The notes beneath the pieces are model-generated. The model did not search any database. It worked only from the letters and a program-made list of their open reading frames with translations, and was not told where the DNA came from. DNA of 64,000 nt from Phycisphaerales bacterium (lineage in GTDB: Bacteria; Planctomycetota; Phycisphaerae; Phycisphaerales; UBA1924), in contig JBAZUW010000001.1 in NCBI GenBank assembly GCA_041661205.1, positions 2,736-66,735 of the forward strand. Reading direction: 5' to 3'. The first letter of the stretch is position 1; each line of letters starts with the position of its first letter. Of this stretch, positions 1 to 8,046 are shown in pieces. Both the position numbers and the translations under genes were made by a program.

Positions 1-131
1 CACGGCACCATCACGATCACCTGCCCCTGAGCGCCAGGCTAACAACCCGCCGCCCCCACAAATCCACCATGTCACCAATTTCCACAATTCCGCACTTGAC
101 CCTGCCAGAGCACCGTGGCAGAGTGCCGGCG

Positions 132-530
132 ATGACAGCGGAGCAGCAGAGAATCAGGATCGCGGAGGCGCTCGGAGTCCAGACCGAAGGATGGTGGTGC
201 CCACACTGCGAGCGGGAGGTGGCCCCGGCCTTTGTCACGTTCCAAGAAACGCACGACCCCCACAGCGAGGGTTGCGGGAGACCGGTCGAGGGGATGCCGA
301 TCCCCGACTACCCCAACTCCCTTGACGCCTGCGCCACCTTCGAGGCCTGGCTGCGCGACCACCCAGACCGAGAGCACGACTACGGCATCGCCCTGGCCCG
401 GCTCTCCATCGGCGAGGAGTTCGAGGAGGACGGGTTCATGCCGAACGGGTGGGGCTACTTCGCAGTGGCCCACGCCACCGCCCAGCAACGCTGCGACGCC
501 TTCTGCGCCGTGATGGGAATCATCGACTAA
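132..530 (+). CDS. phage hypothetical protein (PDY/PQY..DL motif, ABA-sandwich-like); paralog of 37784-38179
   Basis: Start moved from 69 to ATG 132 because MTAEQQRIRIAEALG matches paralog MTEKQQRIAIAKALG, and a promoter (TTGACC-17-CAGAGT) lies at 96-124. Confidence 0.6.
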   Translation: MTAEQQRIRIAEALGVQTEGWWCPHCEREVAPAFVTFQETHDPHSEGCGRPVEGMPIPDYPNSLDACATFEAWLRDHPDREHDYGIALARLSIGEEFEEDGFMPNGWGYFAVAHATAQQRCDAFCAVMGIID

Positions 531-537
531 CACCACT

Positions 538-927
538 ATGAACGACACCGCCCCACCACTGACCGACCCCCAGTATCCCCTCTACCCGCGCCTGCCGGAC
601 CCCGGCGCCACGGAGGCCAAAGCGCTGCTCGCCTCCTTCCGTGAGCAGATGGCCAAGATCGCCGACGAGACCATCGGCCGGCTCTACAGCGACGTGCTCC
701 CCTACATCGAGAGCGACGCGTGGACCAACTTCAAGAACGCCCTGATGGACGGGCTCTGCAACTACGGCAACCGCAAGGTTGTGGGCGACTACGACTACAA
801 GAAGATCCGCCGGGCGATACTGGAGGAGAACCGCGAGGAGATCATCGCCGACCTCAACCAGGACAACCTCGCCCGCATCGCAGAGCTGGAGAGCCAGATC
901 GAGGCGGTGCACCGTAACCGTTACTGA
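538..927 (+). CDS. hypothetical protein
   Basis: 129-aa ORF, GC3-rich codons, caccactATG start context. Confidence 0.7.
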   Translation: MNDTAPPLTDPQYPLYPRLPDPGATEAKALLASFREQMAKIADETIGRLYSDVLPYIESDAWTNFKNALMDGLCNYGNRKVVGDYDYKKIRRAILEENREEIIADLNQDNLARIAELESQIEAVHRNRY

Positions 928-957
928 CCACTCTCAGCAACGACAGGACCAAACCAC

Positions 958-1233
958 ATGAACACGCACGACGAAGCCGCCCCGAAAAGGCACGCACACA
1001 TCCCGCAGGAGCTGGAAGAACTCCACTGTGCAGCAAAGGAACTCCACGATCTGGTGGACCGCTTGGAGAATCAGCTAGGCCCCGTGACACGGATGGAGCC
1101 TCCGGGCGTTGAAGGCAAGGAGGTACCCGAGAGCGAGCTGGTGGGGCACGCGGACGCCATCCGGCAAGCCCGCCGTTCCATCCATGGGGCGGGTTGCCGC
1201 ATCGCCAGTCTCATTGACAGGTTGGAGGTCTGA
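958..1233 (+). CDS. hypothetical protein
   Basis: 91-aa helical ORF in a tight gene array. Confidence 0.6.
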   Translation: MNTHDEAAPKRHAHIPQELEELHCAAKELHDLVDRLENQLGPVTRMEPPGVEGKEVPESELVGHADAIRQARRSIHGAGCRIASLIDRLEV

Positions 1234-1334
1234 CCCACCCAACGGGGCGGCCGGCACCAACAACAAGGGGAGTCAACTCGAAACGGATGAACCTAACCGC
1301 CGGCCGCCCCACCACACCGAACCACGACAGCACC

Positions 1335-1775
1335 ATGAGCCAAACTGACAACATCTTCTGCCGACTGATGCGGCGCAGTATGCGCTATCCCGCGCCGACG
1401 ATTCTGCCGCGCCTCCTGTTCGGGATGGGGAAGGACCCGCTCCCGGACATGCCTGTGCAGAGCGAGTTCATCACCCCGGCCATGGTCCACGACGCCTTCC
1501 AGGTATTGGAGAAGGCAGGTTTGGCGGTCATTCGGAAGCCCGAGCCCCCACCCTTCAACCCCGACATCCCGAAGACCATGGGCATCCTCCGCCGGGCGCG
1601 GGAGGAGGCCGCCCCCGAGCCCCCGCGCTTCACCACCGCCGAGATCCGCGCCTACATCGAGGGGTGGGGTGGCGGCCCCTACACTCCGTCCTATCTGGCG
1701 CTCCTTGACGCCTGGCAGCACCTCGACGACCCCCAGGACGGCATCGCCGCAGCCCGCGAGCGCGGCGCACTCTGA
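1335..1775 (+). CDS. hypothetical protein
   Basis: ORF with agcaccATG start (MSQTDNIF). Confidence 0.6.
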   Translation: MSQTDNIFCRLMRRSMRYPAPTILPRLLFGMGKDPLPDMPVQSEFITPAMVHDAFQVLEKAGLAVIRKPEPPPFNPDIPKTMGILRRAREEAAPEPPRFTTAEIRAYIEGWGGGPYTPSYLALLDAWQHLDDPQDGIAAARERGAL

Positions 1776-1779
1776 CCCA

Positions 1780-1859
1780 CAACCACACCACCATGGACAA
1801 CACCAACCACACCACCATGGACAACACCAACCACACCACCATGGACAACACCAACCACA
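1780..1859 (+). repeat. 24-bp tandem repeat x3 containing three in-frame ATGs
   Basis: AACCACACCACCATGGACAACACC at 1781, 1805, 1829. Confidence 0.95.
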
Positions 1860-2407
1860 TCGACATCATCATCGGCTCCGATAAGTGCTGGACCGCCACG
1901 CCGGAAGAAGCGGCAGACCTGACCGAGCTGCTCGACGACATGGCCACCCTGACCACCGCCGACGAGCACGAAGCCAAGGGGCACCACAAGATCGCCTCCC
2001 TGCTGCGCAGCATGGTGCTCGACAGCGAGCCACCGGAGAGCGAGGAACTGGGTACCTTGCGCGCGGAGAACACCGAGCTTCACTCCAAGCTGGCGATGCA
2101 CGTCGCGCTTGGTGGCATGGCCCGCAGAACGATCGAGAACGCTATTGGCTGCACGGAAGCGTTGGAGAAGGAGAACGCCGACCTGCGTGCCCACCTCGCC
2201 GACGTGGAACAGTCCCGCGACAGTTTCCACGCCGCCAACACCGAGCTGACCAAGAAGCTCGGCAACGCCCGTGAATGCGCCCGCGGTGTTGGCCACATCA
2301 ACGCCACGCTGGCAGAGCAGCTTGGCAAGACCCGCCGCATCGCCGAGGCCCTGCGCGACCGCCTCGGCCTAACCAAGGAGTTCTTCAAGTTCGAGTGGGA
2401 ACTCTAA
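1793..2407 (+). CDS. hypothetical coiled-coil protein
   Basis: 204-aa ORF with heptad-like C-terminal half. Confidence 0.7.
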   Translation: MDNTNHTTMDNTNHTTMDNTNHIDIIIGSDKCWTATPEEAADLTELLDDMATLTTADEHEAKGHHKIASLLRSMVLDSEPPESEELGTLRAENTELHSKLAMHVALGGMARRTIENAIGCTEALEKENADLRAHLADVEQSRDSFHAANTELTKKLGNARECARGVGHINATLAEQLGKTRRIAEALRDRLGLTKEFFKFEWEL

Positions 2408-2423
2408 CCACCACACCCCCGCC

Positions 2424-2642
2424 ATGCCAATCGACCGCTTCCCGCCACCCTGCCCCGTGCCCAGCGGACGCCCTGTGCCCGCCAGCCACACGGTCAAGCA
2501 CACCGCGTTCTGCGAGACCTGTGACACACCGGAGACCGTGTTCGCGCCCTCCGGATGGACCACCCTGATCCGCTGGTGCCCGCGGTGCAGGGAGGTGCGC
2601 AACTTCCGGCTGCGGATAGCACCGAGGGAGGAGCCGGTATGA
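2424..2642 (+). CDS. small Zn-ribbon protein
   Basis: CETC...CPRC pairs. Confidence 0.6.
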   Translation: MPIDRFPPPCPVPSGRPVPASHTVKHTAFCETCDTPETVFAPSGWTTLIRWCPRCREVRNFRLRIAPREEPV

Positions 2643-2851
2643 GCGCTACGGACATCGAGGAGTTGCGCTCCCTCGCTGAGGGCAGCCCGACGCTGCAACG
2701 CGCGGAGACGGCCCTGCGGGACTGCTACCGCGTCCTGATGGAGAGCGGCCAGCTCGAAGTGGCCCCTCCGAGATCGCTTGTGGACTTCTTCGAGTCGCAG
2801 CGCGACACCGGTGAGGGTGCGCACCACGAGCCGAGCGACCGCGACTGGTAG
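2639..2851 (+). CDS. hypothetical protein
   Basis: ATGA overlap with upstream stop; MSATDIEELRS. Confidence 0.55.
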   Translation: MSATDIEELRSLAEGSPTLQRAETALRDCYRVLMESGQLEVAPPRSLVDFFESQRDTGEGAHHEPSDRDW

Positions 2852-2886
2852 CACCGACGTTCACAAACCCCGAACAACCGTACACC

Positions 2887-3045
2887 ATGAACCCCACCAT
2901 CGAAGCCAAGCTGCGCCGCCACGCGCAACGCATCCGGGACGCCTACTTGCGGCGTTGCATCGAGAGGTCCGAAGCGACCGGGCGGATCTTCTGCGTGGAG
3001 GTCTTCGGCATCCTGCGGCGGGGGCAGCGGAAAGACAACAAATGA
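2887..3045 (+). CDS. small hypothetical protein (52 aa, absent from the ORF track)
   Basis: caccATG AAC CCC..., MNPTIEAKLRRH; stop overlaps next ATG. Confidence 0.5.
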   Translation: MNPTIEAKLRRHAQRIRDAYLRRCIERSEATGRIFCVEVFGILRRGQRKDNK

Positions 3046-3329
3046 ACTCCACCCTCACCCTGATCCACGACGCCATCGCCATGTGGCGGCGCCACGCGCC
3101 GTCCGGTGAGCTGCCGGCCCGCGTCCTCCTCGGCCGCGAGCAGTGGGAGAGTTTTGAGCGGTGGGCCAAGGCCGAGGTGGACGCCGGGCGCACGCGTCTG
3201 GACGACAAGGACCACCTGGCCGGGCCGCCCGTGGGCTTCGGGGACGACACGTTCTGGTTCTCGGGGGTGCGGGTGGGCAGGCTGCCGAACACGCTCAGAG
3301 GGGTGATGGTGGAGGGGAACGTCCCATGA
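3042..3329 (+). CDS. hypothetical protein
   Basis: MNSTLTLIHDAIAMW; ATGA coupling at both ends. Confidence 0.6.
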   Translation: MNSTLTLIHDAIAMWRRHAPSGELPARVLLGREQWESFERWAKAEVDAGRTRLDDKDHLAGPPVGFGDDTFWFSGVRVGRLPNTLRGVMVEGNVP

Positions 3330-3448
3330 AGTGGATCGGATACAAGGAGCATCTCCGTGAGGAGTGGGCGTTTCACAAGAGGCACCCGGAGCTGCTTCTT
3401 GTGTGGGTGGCTTACCTTGCCGCGATCATCTACTGTCTCCTAGCCTAA
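3326..3448 (+). CDS. small membrane protein
   Basis: C-terminal hydrophobic LLLVWVAYLAAIIYCLLA. Confidence 0.55.
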   Translation: MKWIGYKEHLREEWAFHKRHPELLLVWVAYLAAIIYCLLA

Positions 3449-3467
3449 CAACTCCACCATGAACCGG

Positions 3468-3543
3468 GCCCTGACTAGCTTATATGGTAAAGCCCCAGAC
3501 TGTGGATCTGGCGAACTCGGTTCGATTCCGAGGCAGGGAACCA
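3468..3543 (+). tRNA. tRNA-His (GUG), atypical acceptor stem
   Basis: D arm GCTT/AAGC, anticodon arm CCAGA-CTGTGGA-TCTGG, T arm CTCGG-TTCGATT-CCGAG, encoded 3' ACCA. Confidence 0.85.
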
Positions 3544-3559
3544 AACCGCAACTTCGTTG

Positions 3560-3587
3560 TTGCAAATAAGCGAAACACCGATAGCAT
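3560..3587 (+). promoter_or_regulatory. sigma70-like promoter, near-leaderless
   Basis: TTGCAA-16-TAGCAT, 8 nt before GTG 3596. Confidence 0.6.
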
Positions 3588-3595
3588 AACGACCC

Positions 3596-4648
3596 GTGAG
3601 CACCTGTACCGGACAGCACAAGTCAAGGGAGTTTGTGGACCAGAGGTTGAAGATCGTGCAGGAGGCGGTGCTGGAGTTCCCCAAGCATGGGAGCAAGACC
3701 ATCGGCAAGCTGCTCTTCACCAAGCACCCGGAGTGGTTCGGCACACTGGAGGCGGCCTACAGCCTGGTGCGGCGGCAGCGCGGGGCGCACGGCCCCACCC
3801 ATCGCAGCGGCAACCGGCGCATGGCACAACCGGACAAGCCCCATGGCAAGGCCGTCGAGCCGGTCTATCCGGGCATCCCGCAGCCGCGCGAGGAGGTCGA
3901 GGACTGGGCGATCGTCCACTACCCCGGCCCGCTGCGCGTGGGCATCCTCAACGACGTGCATGTGCCCTTCCACGACCCGCAGACCATCGAGATGCTCTGT
4001 GACGAGTGGGAGCGGCGCAAGATCAACTTCCTGCTCATCAACGGCGACCTGATCGACTGGTACGGGATCAGCAAGTACGAGTGCAACCCGACCTTGCGGG
4101 ACACGCGGGGTGACCGCGACGACACCGTGCAACTGCTCAAGTACCTGCGCGGCCGATTCCCGCGGGCTCGCATCGTGGTCAAGCTCGGCAACCACGACGA
4201 ACGATGGGAGGCGATGCTCGCCCGTAAGTCGCCGGAGATCTTCGGCTTCCCCGAGTTCCGCGTCGAGCAGGTGCTCCAGCTCGCCGACCCCAAGATCCGG
4301 GCCGAGTGTGTGCGCGACCTGCGGCCGATCTCCTTCGGCAGCCTGTTCGTCATCCACGGCCACGAGTACCGCTTCGCCATCAGTAACCCGGTCAATGCCG
4401 CCCGCGGACTGTTCCTGCGCGGCAAGACACTCGCGGCCTGCGGCCACTTCCACCAGTACAGCAACCACTCCGAGAACACCTTGGCCGGCAAGCTCATCAC
4501 CACATGGTCGATGGGTTGTGCCTGCCACCTCCACCCGCAGTACCACCCGCTCAACAACTGGTGCAACGGTGGCGCCTACGTCGAGGTCTCCAAGGATGGG
4601 GTCTTCGAGTTCGAGAACTGGCGCATCGTCAACGGGAAGCTCTACTGA
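3596..4648 (+). CDS. calcineurin-like metallophosphoesterase
   Basis: DVH, NGD, GNHD, HGH and GHFH motifs. Confidence 0.9.
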   Translation: MSTCTGQHKSREFVDQRLKIVQEAVLEFPKHGSKTIGKLLFTKHPEWFGTLEAAYSLVRRQRGAHGPTHRSGNRRMAQPDKPHGKAVEPVYPGIPQPREEVEDWAIVHYPGPLRVGILNDVHVPFHDPQTIEMLCDEWERRKINFLLINGDLIDWYGISKYECNPTLRDTRGDRDDTVQLLKYLRGRFPRARIVVKLGNHDERWEAMLARKSPEIFGFPEFRVEQVLQLADPKIRAECVRDLRPISFGSLFVIHGHEYRFAISNPVNAARGLFLRGKTLAACGHFHQYSNHSENTLAGKLITTWSMGCACHLHPQYHPLNNWCNGGAYVEVSKDGVFEFENWRIVNGKLY

Positions 4649-4965
4649 TGCACATCCCCAACCACATCACCATCGCCGGCCACCGCGTGAAGTTCGAGTG
4701 GGTGGAGGATCTGTCTGTCTGGGGGAGCTACCACCACGACCGCAAGACGATCCAGCTCAACCCGCAGCTCAAGCGGGAGGATCATCCGCAGAGGGCCACC
4801 ACGGTCATCCATGAGATGGCCCACGCGGTCAGCTACCTCACGGCCGCGCACCAATCGTTGTTTGGCGACGATGACACCCGCGAGGAGGCGTTCGCCCGAC
4901 TCGTTGAGTTGCAGCTCGCCCCCGCCCTGATTGCGTTGCTGGGGGCGAAACCACCGAAGAGATGA
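4648..4965 (+). CDS. small zincin-like metallopeptidase (HEXXH)
   Basis: TVIHEMAHA motif followed by EE. Confidence 0.7.
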   Translation: MHIPNHITIAGHRVKFEWVEDLSVWGSYHHDRKTIQLNPQLKREDHPQRATTVIHEMAHAVSYLTAAHQSLFGDDDTREEAFARLVELQLAPALIALLGAKPPKR

Positions 4966-5291
4966 GTGACTCCCCCACACCCCCTGACCCCGCCGCCGAT
5001 GCCCCTGACCCGGTGCTGCGCGAGATGGGCCAGGCCGAGCAGGTCTCCGTGTTCCGTGGTGAGCTGGAGACGCTCATCACGCGCTACGCCAGCGAGTTCG
5101 ACTTGCTTCCCGAGACGATCCTCGGGGTGCTGGCGACCACCCAGTACACCCTGCTGGCGGAGACCACCATGTGTTTTTTGAACATCGGCGACGACCCGTA
5201 CTGGGAGGGGTCGGAGAGCGACGACGCGGAGGGCATCAGCAGGGTTGAAGACGACGACAACGAAGGGGAGGAGTGGCGCGATGACTCGTGA
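4962..5291 (+). CDS. hypothetical acidic protein
   Basis: coupled ORF. Confidence 0.6.
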   Translation: MSDSPTPPDPAADAPDPVLREMGQAEQVSVFRGELETLITRYASEFDLLPETILGVLATTQYTLLAETTMCFLNIGDDPYWEGSESDDAEGISRVEDDDNEGEEWRDDS

Positions 5292-5463
5292 TGAGAAGCT
5301 CATCAAGCACATCGACCGCGCCCTGTCCGCCGCCAAGGACATCCGCAACGCGAAGGGCCGGGAGGCCGACGTGGCGTGGAAGACCCTGACCGATGCCCTG
5401 CTGGACATGCGCACGATGCTGCGCAAGCCGACTGCCAAGGACACCGTAGCAGAAGACCAATGA
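5281..5463 (+). CDS. hypothetical protein
   Basis: MTRDEKLIKH, coupled. Confidence 0.55.
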   Translation: MTRDEKLIKHIDRALSAAKDIRNAKGREADVAWKTLTDALLDMRTMLRKPTAKDTVAEDQ

Positions 5464-5678
5464 CCAAGCAAGAACTGTGGGAAGCCGTGTGCGTGCGATA
5501 CCCGGACTTTCGGGACGAGGAGCATGTTGTGCGTCAGCGCGCCCGCGGGCTCCGGCGCCTGCTCGACCAGGCCTGGGACGAGGGGCACGAGAAGGGAGTT
5601 GCCAACGGCAAGGCACTGGAGGCCATGCGCCGCGACGCCGAAGTGAAGAAGAACCCGCTCGCGGGACTGTTCCCATGA
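5460..5678 (+). CDS. hypothetical protein
   Basis: MTKQELWEAV, ATGA overlap. Confidence 0.6.
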   Translation: MTKQELWEAVCVRYPDFRDEEHVVRQRARGLRRLLDQAWDEGHEKGVANGKALEAMRRDAEVKKNPLAGLFP

Positions 5679-5896
5679 TCGCCATTGTCAACACCGGCCC
5701 GCACGACGACCCGGACAAGCTGGGCGAGCGGACCTACGAGGTCCGCATCAACCGGGAGGTTGTGGCCATGTTCCAGCACCATCGCGGCGACGGGCTGGCC
5801 GAGTGCCTGCGCAAGGCCGCCGCGGCGGTCGAGCGGCGCCAGGACGAGGATGTGATGCGACTTCTGCAACGAATCGACAAAATGACGCCACGATGA
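5675..5896 (+). CDS. hypothetical protein
   Basis: MIAIVNTGP, ATGA overlap. Confidence 0.6.
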   Translation: MIAIVNTGPHDDPDKLGERTYEVRINREVVAMFQHHRGDGLAECLRKAAAAVERRQDEDVMRLLQRIDKMTPR

Positions 5897-6228
5897 ACTC
5901 GCACTTCTGGTATCTAGGGTCCGTATATTCTCGCTGCCCGGAGGGCATAGAAGCTGCCTTTGTCACAGCTTGCAAGGTGGCGGCCCGCTTCATCAAGGCA
6001 GGCATCCCGGTCTTCAGCCCAATCGCACAGTCTCACCCAGTCGCCCTCCATGGTGGCATCGACCCGCTCTCCCACGACATCTGGCTGCCCGCCGACCGAC
6101 CGATGATGGACGCGGCCTGCGGGATCATCGTCGTGCGCATGGAGGGCTGGGAGGAGTCCGTCGGCATCGCCCACGAGATCGCGGTGTTCAAGGCTGCGGG
6201 AAAGCCGGTGCTGTACGTCGATCCGTAA
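5893..6228 (+). CDS. DUF1937-like protein (nucleoside deoxyribosyltransferase-like fold)
   Basis: YLGSVYS...VFSPIAQSHP...W..D...GWEESVG..HEI..F...GKPV. Confidence 0.8.
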   Translation: MNSHFWYLGSVYSRCPEGIEAAFVTACKVAARFIKAGIPVFSPIAQSHPVALHGGIDPLSHDIWLPADRPMMDAACGIIVVRMEGWEESVGIAHEIAVFKAAGKPVLYVDP

Positions 6229-6238
6229 TCCGCCAGAA

Positions 6239-6300
6239 GTGGCGCGATAATGGCGCGATTCGGGCGTATCGCGCCACACAAGGTTGCAAAAAGCGCAACT
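6239..6300. promoter_or_regulatory. inverted-repeat array upstream of recombinase (candidate res/att site)
   Basis: GTGGCGCGATA 6239-6249 / TATCGCGCCAC 6267-6277, internal TGGCGCGAT copy, then GTTGC..GCAAC. Confidence 0.5.
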
Positions 6301-6344
6301 TCGTGCTTGCGGAATTGTGGAATCAGTGACAGGGTGCCTGCGAC

Positions 6345-7010
6345 ATGAGCACCAAAGCCTACCTCTACGCCCGGGTCAGCGGGCGGTCGCAGATCGACGG
6401 TGATGGCATACCGCGCCAGCGTGTCGCTGTCCAAGCGTGGGCCGCGAACGCCAATGTCGAGATCGCTGGGGAGTATGTCGAGGGGGGTGTCAGTGGCGCG
6501 GATGACTGCATGGAGCGCCCGGCCTTCCAAGACATGCTCAGTGCCATCCTCGGCAACGGGGTCAAAGCTATCGTGGTCGAGAATCTGAGCCGCTTGGCGC
6601 GCAGCTTCGTGGTGCAGGACTCGATCCTCACCTACCTCGCCAGCCGAGGCATCTCGCTCTACTCGGCGGACACAGGCGCATGTGTCACCGATGACATCCA
6701 GCAGGACGCCATGAAGCGGGCGATCGTGCAGATGCAGGCTGTTATGTTTGAGTTAGAGAAGTCGATGCTCGTACGCAAGCTCCGCGCCGCCCGACAGCGC
6801 AAGCGCGCCGCCACCGGACGCTGCGAAGGCACCATTCCTTTCGGCCACAAGCCCGGCGAAGAGGCCACCCTCGCCCGCATCCGCGAACTGGCAAACCGCG
6901 GGGCAGGCGCCGTGCGCATCGCCAAGGCCCTCAACGCCACCGGCCACCGGACCCGCAAGGGAGGGGATTGGAAGGCCGGGACGGTTCAAGGCATCCTGGC
7001 CCGCATCTAG
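6345..7010 (+). CDS. serine recombinase (resolvase-type catalytic domain + short recombinase DNA-binding domain)
   Basis: YARVS catalytic Ser, EGGVSG, RPAF, SRLAR, IAKALNATGHRTRKGGDW. Confidence 0.9.
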   Translation: MSTKAYLYARVSGRSQIDGDGIPRQRVAVQAWAANANVEIAGEYVEGGVSGADDCMERPAFQDMLSAILGNGVKAIVVENLSRLARSFVVQDSILTYLASRGISLYSADTGACVTDDIQQDAMKRAIVQMQAVMFELEKSMLVRKLRAARQRKRAATGRCEGTIPFGHKPGEEATLARIRELANRGAGAVRIAKALNATGHRTRKGGDWKAGTVQGILARI

Positions 7011-7017
7011 TTTGCAC

Positions 7018-7045
7018 TTGCCACGATTTCACAATATGATACTCT
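7018..7045 (+). promoter_or_regulatory. leaderless sigma70-like promoter
   Basis: TTGCCA-16-TACTCT-7-GTG 7053. Confidence 0.7.
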
Positions 7046-7052
7046 GCACCCC

Positions 7053-7370
7053 GTGGACCCGAAGAAAGAAGCCAACCAGATCATGAAGAGTGCGGACCCG
7101 CCACGCAAGGTGCGCGCCCACCACGGCAAGTGGGTGGAGGCCGCCGCGGTTGTCATCGAGATGGTGGACGCCAAGCCCAAGAAGTGGAACATTGCCGACG
7201 CCATCCGCGCGGTGATCGCCAAGCGCGGCTACGTCAGTGGGCCGCCGGATTCCCCGCAGGCCAAGGTGGATGCCAACCAGGCCATGGACGGGATTCGGGC
7301 GGCCTACAACATGCTGCGCCGCCGCGCGGCCAAGGCGAAGGGGAAGTCCACGACCTTTGAACTTCAATGA
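7053..7370 (+). CDS. hypothetical basic protein (possible DNA binder)
   Basis: Lys/Arg-rich 105 aa, own promoter. Confidence 0.65.
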   Translation: MDPKKEANQIMKSADPPRKVRAHHGKWVEAAAVVIEMVDAKPKKWNIADAIRAVIAKRGYVSGPPDSPQAKVDANQAMDGIRAAYNMLRRRAAKAKGKSTTFELQ

Positions 7371-7582
7371 GCGGGGGAGGCCGTGATATGAAGCTGACAC
7401 CTGTCCAGCGCGTACTGCTGGAGATTGCCTATGACCAGTTCCGCACCGCGCGGGACAACTACCTGCTCGTCAGCAGCGCGCTCGGGCACCCGGTTGAGTC
7501 GCTTGTCATCCGCTGCAAGGAGGACGGCAGCCACGATGCCACCACGTTCGCGCACCAACCATCACCGGAAGAATCCAAATGA
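7367..7582 (+). CDS. hypothetical protein
   Basis: coupled ORF. Confidence 0.5.
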   Translation: MSGGGRDMKLTPVQRVLLEIAYDQFRTARDNYLLVSSALGHPVESLVIRCKEDGSHDATTFAHQPSPEESK

Positions 7583-8025
7583 GCGAAGACCCGACACCCT
7601 ACAACGCCGAGCCCGAGCCGGAGGAATACACCGGCCCCGGACTGCCGCCCGAGCCCACCATCGACAATGTGGTGCCGATCAACGGAATCGCCGCACAACC
7701 GTCAGATGATCCGGCGGAATTGCCAGAACCACCGCCAATCGTCCTGCTGGACGACATCTACGTCAAGGCGTTCATGGGACCCACCGTATCGGTCTCCGAG
7801 CACACCCGCGCCGCCTACTCGCTGCACCTGCTGGTGATCGTCGAGATGGCTACCGAGCAGATGTCCGAGGACGCGGCGCAGGTGTCCATCGCCAACAAGG
7901 TCGCCGCGTGGTCGGCGCAGTACGGCGCGGCGGCCCCGGTCTTCATCGACGACGCCATCAGCCGTCCGAAGGAGAAGAGCAAGATCATCCGGCCCGGGGG
8001 GTTCGGGCGCTCGCGCCTGCGTTGA
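7579..8025 (+). CDS. hypothetical protein upstream of terminase
   Basis: 148 aa, GC3-rich codons. Confidence 0.65.
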   Translation: MSEDPTPYNAEPEPEEYTGPGLPPEPTIDNVVPINGIAAQPSDDPAELPEPPPIVLLDDIYVKAFMGPTVSVSEHTRAAYSLHLLVIVEMATEQMSEDAAQVSIANKVAAWSAQYGAAAPVFIDDAISRPKEKSKIIRPGGFGRSRLR

Positions 8026-8046
8026 CATTCAGGTTATCCTTACCAC

